From an uncultured Bacilli bacterium (GTDB lineage: Bacteria > Bacillota_I > Bacilli_A > RF39 > UBA660): a stretch of DNA of 42,981 nt. The notes under the pieces were generated by a model that was not told the DNA's origin, ran no database searches, and worked only from the letters and a program-made list of their open reading frames with translations. Positions within the stretch are counted from its first letter, which is position 1. Every line of letters begins with the position of its first letter. Location of the stretch: contig CANQVB010000003.1 in NCBI GenBank assembly GCA_947627225.1, positions 1 to 42,981 of the forward strand. The letters are read 5' to 3'. The position numbers and the translations under genes are program-made. Positions 9,048-18,734 of this stretch are shown in pieces.

Positions 9048-10183
9048 TTTTTTAACCTCCCCATAAGCTCTCTCAAAGGTTTCGTTATTTTCCAAGATTT
9101 AGAATTGTATACTTGTTGTAACTCCTTTTCTAAATTATTTTTGTCGGTTACTAATTTTTTTAATTCATCGTTTTCTTCTAATAGAAGACTCAAGGGGTAT
9201 TGTTCATAAATTTTTCCAGTATCTTGGTAAAAGGTATTTAAGGTATAGTGATATTTTTGTTCTAAAGTTTGGATAATTTTTTCGCTATCGGGGTGTTCAA
9301 ATAGCATGTTAATCGCAATTTGTTTATTTGTAGTCCCAAAGATATTTAAATTTAGTAAAAGTAAAAATTTTTCACAAAATAATTCTTCTTTGGAAGAGGC
9401 ATGTTTGTTGACAAATAAATCTTGAAATCCTTCTTTAAAAATTTGATCATCCATAATGTCAAACATTTCTTTGATGATATGATAATGCTCATTCATATGA
9501 CGTATTAAATTGGTAGTAGTCACACTACTTAAATTTTCATGTTGAAATCTTCGATATCCTACTAGATTTTCATTTAAAATGGCAATATTAAATTCATTGA
9601 TTAAACGAATCCAATATTCAAAATCATGTAGTTGTCGATAGGTGCAATTGTAAAGCCCAATTTTTTCAACTGCTTTTTTAGAAATGACGGAACTAGGATG
9701 GCATAGGTGATTTCCAACTTCGTAGAATAGTCGCATTCTTTTGGCTCGACTTAAATTGTCTGCATGAAAAATTTTACTTGAAAAGTTGCCATCATCTTTA
9801 TAAATATTGCCATTTTCATCGATGATATCAGCCATAGAAAAGACAGCTTCTACATCATGTGTTTCAAGATAGTTGATTTGTTTTTCCAATTTTTCTTGAT
9901 ACCAAATATCATCAGAACCTAGAACAGCAATGTAATCTCCATGACACATGCGCATTAAATGATTAAATGTTCTAACAGCACCTCTATTTTTCTTGGCATA
10001 TATTTTTTTGAGTCGCTTATCTTTTATATGCTTTAATACTTCAACAGTATGATCGGTCGAAGCGTCATCTTCCACAATAAGCTCGATATTTTGATAGGTT
10101 TGATTTAACACGCTTTCTATAGCAGATGCAATATATTTTTCATGATTATAAGATGCAATAATAACACTAACTAATTTTTCCAT
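9044..10183 (-). CDS. GT2 glycosyltransferase with short C-terminal coiled coil and SxSWxxTxPLR motif
   Basis: VSVIIASYN, EDDASTD, GSDD, LHDFEYWIR; C-terminal LEKELQQVYNSKSWKITKPLR. Confidence 0.88.
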   Translation of the reverse strand: MEKLVSVIIASYNHEKYIASAIESVLNQTYQNIELIVEDDASTDHTVEVLKHIKDKRLKKIYAKKNRGAVRTFNHLMRMCHGDYIAVLGSDDIWYQEKLEKQINYLETHDVEAVFSMADIIDENGNIYKDDGNFSSKIFHADNLSRAKRMRLFYEVGNHLCHPSSVISKKAVEKIGLYNCTYRQLHDFEYWIRLINEFNIAILNENLVGYRRFQHENLSSVTTTNLIRHMNEHYHIIKEMFDIMDDQIFKEGFQDLFVNKHASSKEELFCEKFLLLLNLNIFGTTNKQIAINMLFEHPDSEKIIQTLEQKYHYTLNTFYQDTGKIYEQYPLSLLLEENDELKKLVTDKNNLEKELQQVYNSKSWKITKPLRELMGRLKK

Positions 10184-10206
10184 TCAAACACTCCAATCTA
10201 TAAAAT

Positions 10207-10235
10207 ATTATAGCATTCCTTATTTTAAAGGTAAA
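10207..10235 (-). promoter_or_regulatory. Sigma-A-type promoter for the minus-strand block
   Basis: TTTACC-17 bp-TATAAT with extended TGn on the minus strand, about 24 bp upstream of the GT2 start. Confidence 0.65.
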
Positions 10236-10399
10236 CAATTTTAAAGGGATTTGTCTGTATCGTTGCACTGAATTTATTTGGTTTGTGTTTTTTTGAAAAC
10301 TGATAATTCAAAAACTTTTGTTGACAGAGTGCAAAATTAAATTTTGTTTTCATTCCTTCAAATTCGTGATATATTCAATAAGTAGTAAGAAGGTGTTGT

Positions 10400-11299
10400 A
10401 TGAAAAAAAATAGGAAATCAAAGCAAGGGATAAAAAGTATGAATAATGCTCCTAAAAAATTAACTAGGACAAAGAAAAATGAACATTTATATGAAAGCCA
10501 ATTAAGAGAATTAGAAAATACAATCCAACAAAAATTTAATTTTGAAGAAAATTATGTAGAAGATGAACTTGATGTTAGCTTTTTAGAAAGGAAAAAGAAG
10601 AAAAAACCAGCTGTTATAGAGAAAAAAGTGTATCCCGTAAAGCTATTAGTTTGTCTAATAGGTATTCTTATTTTATCTATGACTTTTATTACAGTTCACT
10701 ATATTACTTTTAATCATAACCAAGAAAAAATAGTGACAAAAACTATAAAAAAAGAAGTGCTCTCAGAAAATATATTATTTTTAGGAGATTCCATTACGGA
10801 TTATTATGATGTAAAAAAGTATTACCCCGACCATCATGTTGTAAATAGTGGAATTGCAGGAAATAAAACCTTTGATATTTTAGAAGATATGGAAGGAAGA
10901 GTTTATCAATATAATCCCAGTAAAATTTTTTTGTTGATTGGAACCAACGATTTAGAAGAAAAAAGAGGAATTGATAAAACTTTTGAAAATATTAAAAAAA
11001 TTATAAAGGGAATTAAAGAAAATCGTGGACAAGCAGAGATCTATATAGAAGCAATCTACCCTGTAAACAAACAACTGGATGAAAATATGGTTCATAATCG
11101 TGAAAATGATTCGATTAGGACAATAAATAAGCTTTTAAAAAAATATTGTAAAGAAATGAAGTTAACTTATATTGATACGTATGCATTATTACAGGGTGAA
11201 GAAGGAAATTTAAAAGAAGAATACTCAGATGATGGCCTTCATTTAAATGAAAATGGCTATGAACATTTAACAAAGAAATTAGAAACTTATTTAGATTAA
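10400..11299 (+). CDS. Membrane-anchored SGNH/GDSL esterase-like protein
   Basis: One TM helix at about aa 82-104; blocks GDSIT, NSGIAG, IGTND, DGLH. Confidence 0.88.
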   Translation: MKKNRKSKQGIKSMNNAPKKLTRTKKNEHLYESQLRELENTIQQKFNFEENYVEDELDVSFLERKKKKKPAVIEKKVYPVKLLVCLIGILILSMTFITVHYITFNHNQEKIVTKTIKKEVLSENILFLGDSITDYYDVKKYYPDHHVVNSGIAGNKTFDILEDMEGRVYQYNPSKIFLLIGTNDLEEKRGIDKTFENIKKIIKGIKENRGQAEIYIEAIYPVNKQLDENMVHNRENDSIRTINKLLKKYCKEMKLTYIDTYALLQGEEGNLKEEYSDDGLHLNENGYEHLTKKLETYLD

Positions 11300-11421
11300 A
11301 AAAGATGAAGAAAATTGCAAATAAAAAGGAAGTTCATCTTAATTGGATATTTTCTTCAAAAAATACGTTTTCAAAAAAAATATTGAACAGAAAATATAAA
11401 ATATGATATAGTTTTTGTAGG

Positions 11422-12573
11422 GTGGGGAAGGAAATGAAAAACGGAATAACAAAAAGAAAAATGAATTTTGAGTTGATGCGTGCCATATCTATGATGATGA
11501 TTGTGTTTTGGCATGTGCTATGTAAATATGGAAGAGGATATCCATCTACGATTTTTGCGAGTACTACAGGCGGAATTCATTTTGGCCTAAATGTAATTTA
11601 TATTTTATTTACAATACATGTTAACTCATTTGTTTTAGTAAGTGGGTATTTTAATTGTGAAAAGGAATTTTCTAAAAAACAATTTTTAAAGGTGTTTCTA
11701 GCAAGTTGGTTTTATCGAGTTTTATTTGTAATTCTCTTTACCTTGTTAGGATATGAAAAATTCCCATCTCTTTCTTTCTTAAAACAAATATTCATTCTTG
11801 ATATTAACTCTAATTATTGGTTTGTAAATATTTATTTGGCACTCTATCTTTTTACTCCATTTTTAAATTTGTTTATAAAACATGCATCACAACAGGTACA
11901 CCGTCGATTGTTATTGGTTAGTTTCATCGTTTTATCAATGATTCCAAGTTTTACCAATATGATGACTATTTCATCAGTTGGAACAGATGTATTATTTTTT
12001 ATGTTTCTATATATGATAGGTGCCTATTTTAAAAAATATCCAATTGAAGAGAATGCACATTTTAAAAAATATTCTAGAAGAAAACTTAGAAATATCCTTC
12101 TCTTTCTAGCAATAGGTTGTGGTCTTCTTAATGTTTTATTAGAACAGTATGGCGGTTTCTTAGCTTCTTTTGAAAATTCTTTGCTGAGTTTTTTGGGGAG
12201 GACAATTAGTAGTTTCATTTGTAATTATAATAATCCGATTGTAATCGTACAAAGTGTATTCTATTTTCTCTTCTTTAGTACGATATCTATTCATGGAACA
12301 ATAAAAAACAAAATTCTATCTTTTCTATCTCCTGCTATCTTTGGCGTTTATCTCATTCATTTTAATTCTTATGTAAGAACCTATGTTTTTTCATTTTTAG
12401 GAATAGATCCTGCACAAGGCCCATTTTCAAAAATTATAATCATCAAGGTAATACTTTATGTTATTGGTCTTTTCTTTCTCTCAATCTTCATTGAAAAGGC
12501 AAGACTTTTTGTAGCGAAGCAAATAAAATCTCTCTGGCAAAAAAGAAAGAAAAAACGAATGGTTACTGCTTAA
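11422..12573 (+). CDS. Acyltransferase family 3 (OafA-like) integral membrane O-acyltransferase; alternative start ATG 11434
   Basis: ELMRAISMMMIVFWH (RxxxxxxxxxxH), VNSFVLVSGYF, YWFV, FGVYLIH; about 10 TMs. Confidence 0.88.
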   Translation: MGKEMKNGITKRKMNFELMRAISMMMIVFWHVLCKYGRGYPSTIFASTTGGIHFGLNVIYILFTIHVNSFVLVSGYFNCEKEFSKKQFLKVFLASWFYRVLFVILFTLLGYEKFPSLSFLKQIFILDINSNYWFVNIYLALYLFTPFLNLFIKHASQQVHRRLLLVSFIVLSMIPSFTNMMTISSVGTDVLFFMFLYMIGAYFKKYPIEENAHFKKYSRRKLRNILLFLAIGCGLLNVLLEQYGGFLASFENSLLSFLGRTISSFICNYNNPIVIVQSVFYFLFFSTISIHGTIKNKILSFLSPAIFGVYLIHFNSYVRTYVFSFLGIDPAQGPFSKIIIIKVILYVIGLFFLSIFIEKARLFVAKQIKSLWQKRKKKRMVTA

Positions 12574-12645
12574 GCACTTAAATAAATGGAACAAAAAATG
12601 AAAATTTACACTTGACAAGGCTGATAAGAATACAATTTCATCTCG

Positions 12646-12674
12646 TTTACATCATAAAAGTCACATGTTATAAT
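12646..12674 (+). promoter_or_regulatory. Sigma-A-type promoter upstream of wzt
   Basis: TTTACA-17 bp-TATAAT with TG extension (TGTTATAAT). Confidence 0.7.
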
Positions 12675-12688
12675 TAAAAAAGAGGAAG

Positions 12689-13444
12689 GTGCACAAAAAC
12701 ATGGATAAAAAAAAGAATTATGCCATTAAAATAGATCATGTAACAAAAAAATTTAAAGTCTATTATGATAAAGCAAATACTTTAAAAGAGCGCTTGGTAT
12801 TTTGGAAAAACAAAAAAAATATCGAAGAACGAACGGTTTTAGAAAATATAAATCTAGAAATCAAAAAAGGGGAGACAGTTGCTTTAGTTGGAGTTAATGG
12901 AAGTGGAAAAAGTACCCTCTTAAAATTGATGACTAAAATTATCTATCCCACAAAAGGAAAAGTTGAAGCAGTTGGTAAATTAACTTCGTTACTAGAATTA
13001 GGAGCTGGATTCCATGATGATTTCACAGGAAGAGAAAATATCTATTTTAATGCTTCCATTTTTGGTTTAACAAAAGAAGAGATTGATAAAAAAATAGAGG
13101 ATATTATTGCCTTTTCAGAATTAGAAAAATTTATCGATAATCCTATTCGCACATATTCTTCTGGAATGTACATGCGTCTTGCTTTTTCTGTTGCTATCAA
13201 TGTAAATGCTGAGATTCTTTTAATTGATGAAATTCTTGCCGTGGGGGATCAACATTTCCAAGATAAATGTTTTCAAAAATTAAAAGAGTTAAAAGACAGT
13301 GATAAGACAATTGTCATTGTAAGTCATAGTCTTTCTGCTTTAAGAAAAATCTGTACTAGAGCTATCTGGATTCATGAAGGACATATTAGAATGGATGGCG
13401 ACATAAACGAAGTGATAGACAACTATTTGAAAACATGTGAATAA
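12689..13444 (+). CDS. wzt: Polysaccharide ABC exporter ATP-binding subunit (Wzt/RgpD/TagH-like), no C-terminal CBM; alternative start ATG 12701
   Basis: GVNGSGKST Walker A, LLELGAGF, YSSGMYMRLAF signature, LIDEILAVGD Walker B, VSH. Confidence 0.93.
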   Translation: MHKNMDKKKNYAIKIDHVTKKFKVYYDKANTLKERLVFWKNKKNIEERTVLENINLEIKKGETVALVGVNGSGKSTLLKLMTKIIYPTKGKVEAVGKLTSLLELGAGFHDDFTGRENIYFNASIFGLTKEEIDKKIEDIIAFSELEKFIDNPIRTYSSGMYMRLAFSVAINVNAEILLIDEILAVGDQHFQDKCFQKLKELKDSDKTIVIVSHSLSALRKICTRAIWIHEGHIRMDGDINEVIDNYLKTCE

Positions 13445-13459
13445 GAAAAGAGGTAAATT

Positions 13460-14233
13460 ATGCAATTGATTAAGAATTTATATAATTATCGTGAATTATT
13501 AAAAAGCAATATAAAAAAAGAAATACGAGGAAAATATAAAGGCTCTTTTTTAGGAATTCTATGGTCTTTTGTAAATCCTCTTTTAATGGTTGCTGTATAT
13601 GCAATTGTTTTTCCTTATATTATGCGTGTTCAAACTGATAATTATTTGCTTTACTTAATTACAGGTATTATTCCATGGAATTTTTTTACAATGGTGATTA
13701 ATCAAGGTATGATAACAGTACGAATGAATGCAGGCATTATAAAAAAAGTTTATTTTCCAAGAGAAATTTTACCGATTTCAGTAGCAAGTAGTGGGTTGGT
13801 TAACTTTTTTATCAGTTGCCTAATTATTTTATTATTTTGTTTGTTTAGTGGGGCTGGTTTATCGTGGTATTTGGTGTTTGTTCCTTTTTTAGCACTCATT
13901 CAGTATTTTCTTACCTTAGGAATTGTTTTTGCACTTTCAGCAATCAACATTTATATAAAAGATACGGAATACCTTGTTCAGTTCTTTTTAAACTTATTGT
14001 TTTATGCGACACCTATTTTATATCAAGCGACGCTTTTCCCAGAAAAAATTAGATGGCTACTTTATTTAAATCCTATGTCACAAATGGTAGATGCTTATCG
14101 TGCAGTATTTATATATCATCAGTTACCAGAATTTTCTGGGTTATTATACTTAATCGGTATTACAATCATTATTTTCTTTGTTGGACTCTTTATTTTTAGA
14201 AAATTAGAAAAAGGTTTTGCAGAGGAAGTATAG
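13460..14233 (+). CDS. wzm: Polysaccharide ABC exporter permease (Wzm/RgpC-like)
   Basis: KYKGSFLGILWSFVNPL, IKKVYFPREILP, FYATPILY, NPM; 6 TMs. Confidence 0.93.
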   Translation: MQLIKNLYNYRELLKSNIKKEIRGKYKGSFLGILWSFVNPLLMVAVYAIVFPYIMRVQTDNYLLYLITGIIPWNFFTMVINQGMITVRMNAGIIKKVYFPREILPISVASSGLVNFFISCLIILLFCLFSGAGLSWYLVFVPFLALIQYFLTLGIVFALSAINIYIKDTEYLVQFFLNLLFYATPILYQATLFPEKIRWLLYLNPMSQMVDAYRAVFIYHQLPEFSGLLYLIGITIIIFFVGLFIFRKLEKGFAEEV

Positions 14234-14287
14234 GATGACAAACTTAGAACAATAAATATAGTCAAAATAGCAAATCGTGGAGGACTT

Positions 14288-16432
14288 ATGAAACAATGTA
14301 AATTTATAAAAATTGAGGATGCTATCGTCACAGGTGTATTACAACCCGTGTTTGTTATCAAAGGAAGTAGTACTACAGATACTTATGAATTTTTAGTTAA
14401 AGTGGATGATGTTGAAACAGAATATAATAATTTGACACTCTCAGATCGCAAACAATATGCAATTATTGTGAATCTTTTAAAATATTCAAAAAAAATAGAG
14501 GTCTATTGTAGGGAAAATGAGAAACAGAATTGGTTTCTTCTGTACAAAACAAAGACATTTTTAATAAAAAGAGTGCAAACTAGGTTATTTGAAGTTATAA
14601 AAACAGGTTTTAGGAAAATTGGACGCTGTTTTTATGTATTAGGACGAGGAATTCGTTTTTTATGGAAAGAATATCATTTTTTAGTGCCAATCCATTTATG
14701 GGGAAAATATTTCCATGATTTTAAAGAAAGTATATCTCGGGGATCAAATAAGTTTTATAATCCTAATAATTTTTCTGATTATCAACATTGGTTAAAGCTA
14801 CATGACAAAGATAAGAATGAAAAGATGGAGTTGAAATATCAACCCTTGATTTCGATTTTGACACCGGTTTATAATGTAGATGCTTCACTCCTAATGGAAT
14901 GTGTTAATTCAGTTTTAAATCAGAGTTATACTCATTTTGAATTATGTTTAGTTGATGACTGTTCTAACAAGGAAGATACCAAAGAAGCATTACAGCAATG
15001 TGAAGCGTTAGACGCAAGAATTAAGGTTCATTATAGGGAAAAAAATGGTCATATTTCTAGGGCTAGCAATGATGCGTTGAAAATGGCAAATGGAGAGTTT
15101 ATTGCACTTTTAGACAATGATGATGTGTTAGATAGTGATGCTTTGTATGAAATGGTAAAAGTATTGAATCAAGATAAAAAAATTGATTTTATTTATAGCG
15201 ATGAAGATAAACTCGATTTAAATGGGAAACGGTGTGAGCCACATTTTAAACCAGATTTTTCACCGGATACACTACTTAGTTTAAATTATATATGTCATTT
15301 CTCAATGATTCGGAAAAGGATAGTTGATGAAGTAGGCGGTTTTGAAGTCGGTTTAGAGGGTGCCCAAGATTATGATTTGTTCTTAAAAATAGTAGAAAAA
15401 ACGAAGAAGATTGCACATGTACCTAAAATTTTATACCATTGGAGAAAAACGAAAACTTCAACAGCACTCTCTTCTAAAAATAAAGATTATGCAGCTGACA
15501 AAGGGAAAATTGCAATTGAAAATGCATTAAAAAGAAGAAAAATTAAGGCAACAGTAGAAAAAGAAGAAAAAAGTGGATATTATCGAGTTCATTATGAAAT
15601 TAAAAAAGAACCACTTATTTCTATTATAATTCCTACAAGAGACTATGTGGATGTATTAAAAACGTGTGTAGACTCTATCCTAAAAAAAACAACTTATAAA
15701 AATTATGAGATCATTGTAGTAAACAACGATAGCAAAGAAAAAAAGACACAAGAATTTTTTGCAAATTATACTAAAAAATATAAAAATTTTCATATTGTCG
15801 ATTGCATTATGCCATTCAATTATTCAAAAATTAATAATATAGCAGTGTCAAAGGCAAAAGGAGAATATATTGTCCTTCTCAATAATGATACGGAAGTAAT
15901 CAGTGCCGATTGGTTAACGACAATGGTAGGATATGCTATGCAAAAGCATATTGGTGTTGTTGGAACAAAGCTTTTATATTCAGATGAAACGATTCAACAT
16001 GCAGGAGTTATTTTGGGATTAGGTGGTGTTGCTTCTCATGCTTATATTGGTTCTAGCAAACATGACACAGGCATGTTTGGAAGACTTGCAGTTCCATATA
16101 ATTACAGTGCTTGTACAGCAGCATGTATCATGATTCAGAAAAAAAAGTATGAAGAAGTAAATGGTTTGAACGAAAAATTAGAAGTAGCCTACAACGACAT
16201 TGATTTTTGTCTTCGGATTCGAAAAGAAAACTATTATAATGTTTTTTTACCACAAGTTTCCTTAATTCATTATGAATCCAAGTCTAGAGGTTTAGATACA
16301 ACAACAGAAAAATATAAAAGGTTTTTAAAGGAATCTGACTATATGTACAAGCATTGGCAACAGGAACTTCAGAATGATCCATTCTATAATTCAAATTTTA
16401 GTAAAAAGGGTTGGTTTATGCTAGATAAGTGA
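14288..16432 (+). CDS. Two-domain GT2 glycosyltransferase (probable backbone polymerase)
   Basis: Domain 1 ISILTPVYN/DDCS/LDNDD/GAQDYDL/LYHWR; domain 2 ISIIIPTRD/LLNNDTE/IQHAG/NDIDFCLR/HYESKSRG. Confidence 0.9.
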   Translation: MKQCKFIKIEDAIVTGVLQPVFVIKGSSTTDTYEFLVKVDDVETEYNNLTLSDRKQYAIIVNLLKYSKKIEVYCRENEKQNWFLLYKTKTFLIKRVQTRLFEVIKTGFRKIGRCFYVLGRGIRFLWKEYHFLVPIHLWGKYFHDFKESISRGSNKFYNPNNFSDYQHWLKLHDKDKNEKMELKYQPLISILTPVYNVDASLLMECVNSVLNQSYTHFELCLVDDCSNKEDTKEALQQCEALDARIKVHYREKNGHISRASNDALKMANGEFIALLDNDDVLDSDALYEMVKVLNQDKKIDFIYSDEDKLDLNGKRCEPHFKPDFSPDTLLSLNYICHFSMIRKRIVDEVGGFEVGLEGAQDYDLFLKIVEKTKKIAHVPKILYHWRKTKTSTALSSKNKDYAADKGKIAIENALKRRKIKATVEKEEKSGYYRVHYEIKKEPLISIIIPTRDYVDVLKTCVDSILKKTTYKNYEIIVVNNDSKEKKTQEFFANYTKKYKNFHIVDCIMPFNYSKINNIAVSKAKGEYIVLLNNDTEVISADWLTTMVGYAMQKHIGVVGTKLLYSDETIQHAGVILGLGGVASHAYIGSSKHDTGMFGRLAVPYNYSACTAACIMIQKKKYEEVNGLNEKLEVAYNDIDFCLRIRKENYYNVFLPQVSLIHYESKSRGLDTTTEKYKRFLKESDYMYKHWQQELQNDPFYNSNFSKKGWFMLDK

Positions 16433-16497
16433 TTTCAAACAACAAAAGCTATACTTTTTGGCTAAATTTAGATATAATTTAAAAAAAGGAGAAAAGT

Positions 16498-18669
16498 ATG
16501 AAATCAAAAAAACAAACTTGTTATATTTTATTATTGCAGACAGTGGTGGCATATATTTTTACAATTCTTATGCTTCATAACTCTTTTAATAGTACAGTCT
16601 TATTCAAAATTGATATCTTTTTATTTCTTTTAATATGGCTTGGTCTTTTCTTCATCTCAAGTCATTTCATTTTCCCAATAAAAAGAGTGTATCAATTTCT
16701 CTATGAAAAAAGATATCCAATTGCACTCATTTTATTAGCTATTTTAGTTCTTGGTAAATTTAATGGCAGTTCATATGGAATGTACAATAGTTATGTAGAA
16801 CCAAATTATAGTGTTCCTGCATTAACTCCAATTTTTGGAACAAGTAGAGCAATTCGCAGTGATGGATGGCTTGTAAATTCTGCATATGTCTTATCACAAA
16901 TCAAGACGGGATTTCATTATTTCAATCCGCTTATGCGTGGGGTTGCAACAGATGTTTTTGCAACACTTCCAGCACCTGTATTTAACATATTAGGGCTTAC
17001 AAAGCCGTTCGTATTTGGCTATGTCTTTTTAGGAAATGATTATGGAATGGCATTCTATTGGTTTGGCCGAATTATTGCCTTATTCTTAGTTACGTTCGAA
17101 TTATTAATGGTGCTTTCTAAAGGAAAAAAAGTTTCTTCTTTGATAGGAACCATCTTAATTACAGCTTCCCCTCCTGTTTTTTGGTGGTACTCTACGCAGT
17201 TGATTGAAATTTTAGTTGGTGGGGAATTTGCAGTTTTAATGTTTTATCACTTTTTACGAGAAAAAAATTGGAAGAGAAAAGTATTATATTCAATTTTAAT
17301 TGGATGGGGCTTTTTAGTGTATGCATTTGCATTATATCCAGCATGGCAAATCCCATTTGGTTATGTCTTCTTGTTATTGGCATTTTATTTATTGCTTGAT
17401 GCGAAAAAACAAAAACCTATTCGAATAAAAACTTTATGGCCTATATTGCTTACAGTAGTAATGATAGTTGGTTCTGTTGGTTATTTCTTATATTTAAGTG
17501 GATCTACCTATCAACAAATTATGTCTACAGTTTATCCTGGCGCCAGATTTGTACTTGGTGGAACTGGATATGGACCTGTTTCCTCTTATCCACTTGCTAT
17601 TTTTTTCCCTTACTTTGATGCAGGAAATCCATCAGAACTTAGTAGTTTTTATTCTTTTTTTCCACTCGTTTTAATTGTTGCTATTTACTATCTTATTCGG
17701 GAAAGAAAACACTGGAAGGAAAACATATTACTGTTGGGACTTACAGTTCTTACAATCATTTATCTTATATTTGCCGTATTGTCATTCCCATCTTTTCTTG
17801 CTAAAATCACACTTATGTATATGGTTCCGGCTGGAAGATTAGGGATTATTATTTCCTTTTTGTGTATTTTATTGTTTACACTTTTACTGGACAAAAAACT
17901 TATAACAACAAAAAAAGAAAAGATTGGCTTTATAGTTTTATTGGTTTTGTCTAGTCTTTATACAATAAATGAAGCACATACTGTTTTAGGTAATTATGCG
18001 ACACCAAAACGATTACTGATAGGCTTTCTTTTATTAATTATTCCAAGCTTTTATTTTCTATTCCATGATAAAATGAAAGAAAAAAGAAAAACAAACAGGA
18101 TCATGCACGAAACCTCCCTTTTAAAAAGGGGTATTTCAAAAGTATATATTCCTAGAAAGGTAGTTTTACTTTTTCTAGTTACGGCGATTTCTTTTGTAAC
18201 TACGATTTATGTGAATCCGTTGATGAAAGGCTTTTCTGCATTAGATGAAAAACCACTTTCAAAAGAATTAAAGAAATACGGCGATACAAAGGATAAATGG
18301 GTTGCTTTGGATTCTATTGTTGTTGCAAATTATTTAGGAACACAAGGGAAACGTGTTATCAATAGTACAAACATTTATCCTAATTTAGCTATGTGGAAAA
18401 AATTAGATCCGAAAATGAAATATAAAGATATCTATAATCGTTATGCACATGTTAATGTCGAATTAACAAAAGGGAAATTAAACTTTAAATTAACAAGCTC
18501 TGATTTATTTACTGCATATTTAAATCCAAATGATTTATGTAAGTTAGATGTCGATTTTTTAACTTCTTATAGGAATTTAGATGAATATAATCAAGGACAA
18601 ATTCTATTTGATGAAAAATATCACAAAGATAATCTTTATTTATATCAAGTGAATTGTAAAGAAAGTTAG
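16498..18669 (+). CDS. Large polytopic membrane protein, putative GT-C-type extracytoplasmic glycosyltransferase
   Basis: About 15 TM segments, extracytoplasmic loop with RAIRSDGW, LYPAWQIP, TVYPGAR, C-terminal soluble domain with YNRYAH; polysaccharide locus context. Confidence 0.6.
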   Translation: MKSKKQTCYILLLQTVVAYIFTILMLHNSFNSTVLFKIDIFLFLLIWLGLFFISSHFIFPIKRVYQFLYEKRYPIALILLAILVLGKFNGSSYGMYNSYVEPNYSVPALTPIFGTSRAIRSDGWLVNSAYVLSQIKTGFHYFNPLMRGVATDVFATLPAPVFNILGLTKPFVFGYVFLGNDYGMAFYWFGRIIALFLVTFELLMVLSKGKKVSSLIGTILITASPPVFWWYSTQLIEILVGGEFAVLMFYHFLREKNWKRKVLYSILIGWGFLVYAFALYPAWQIPFGYVFLLLAFYLLLDAKKQKPIRIKTLWPILLTVVMIVGSVGYFLYLSGSTYQQIMSTVYPGARFVLGGTGYGPVSSYPLAIFFPYFDAGNPSELSSFYSFFPLVLIVAIYYLIRERKHWKENILLLGLTVLTIIYLIFAVLSFPSFLAKITLMYMVPAGRLGIIISFLCILLFTLLLDKKLITTKKEKIGFIVLLVLSSLYTINEAHTVLGNYATPKRLLIGFLLLIIPSFYFLFHDKMKEKRKTNRIMHETSLLKRGISKVYIPRKVVLLFLVTAISFVTTIYVNPLMKGFSALDEKPLSKELKKYGDTKDKWVALDSIVVANYLGTQGKRVINSTNIYPNLAMWKKLDPKMKYKDIYNRYAHVNVELTKGKLNFKLTSSDLFTAYLNPNDLCKLDVDFLTSYRNLDEYNQGQILFDEKYHKDNLYLYQVNCKES

Positions 18670-18734
18670 TTGCTAAATAATATACTTTTGCTATTGCAAA
18701 TATAGACAAAATTAAAAATGAAAGGTGAAGTATT

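Noticed and set aside
10184-10399. Invertible (phase-variable) promoter between the divergent blocks
   Set aside because: No convincing flanking inverted repeats and no recombinase; only a short TTTTAAAGG direct repeat
10403-10410. A8 tracts near gene starts (also about 12812, and T8 at about 33306) as slipped-strand switches
   Set aside because: Runs of 8 are expected in such AT-rich, Lys-rich sequence and all frames are intact
12612-12636. TTGACA...TACAAT as a promoter
   Set aside because: The spacer is only 13 bp; a better 17-bp promoter lies at 12646-12674
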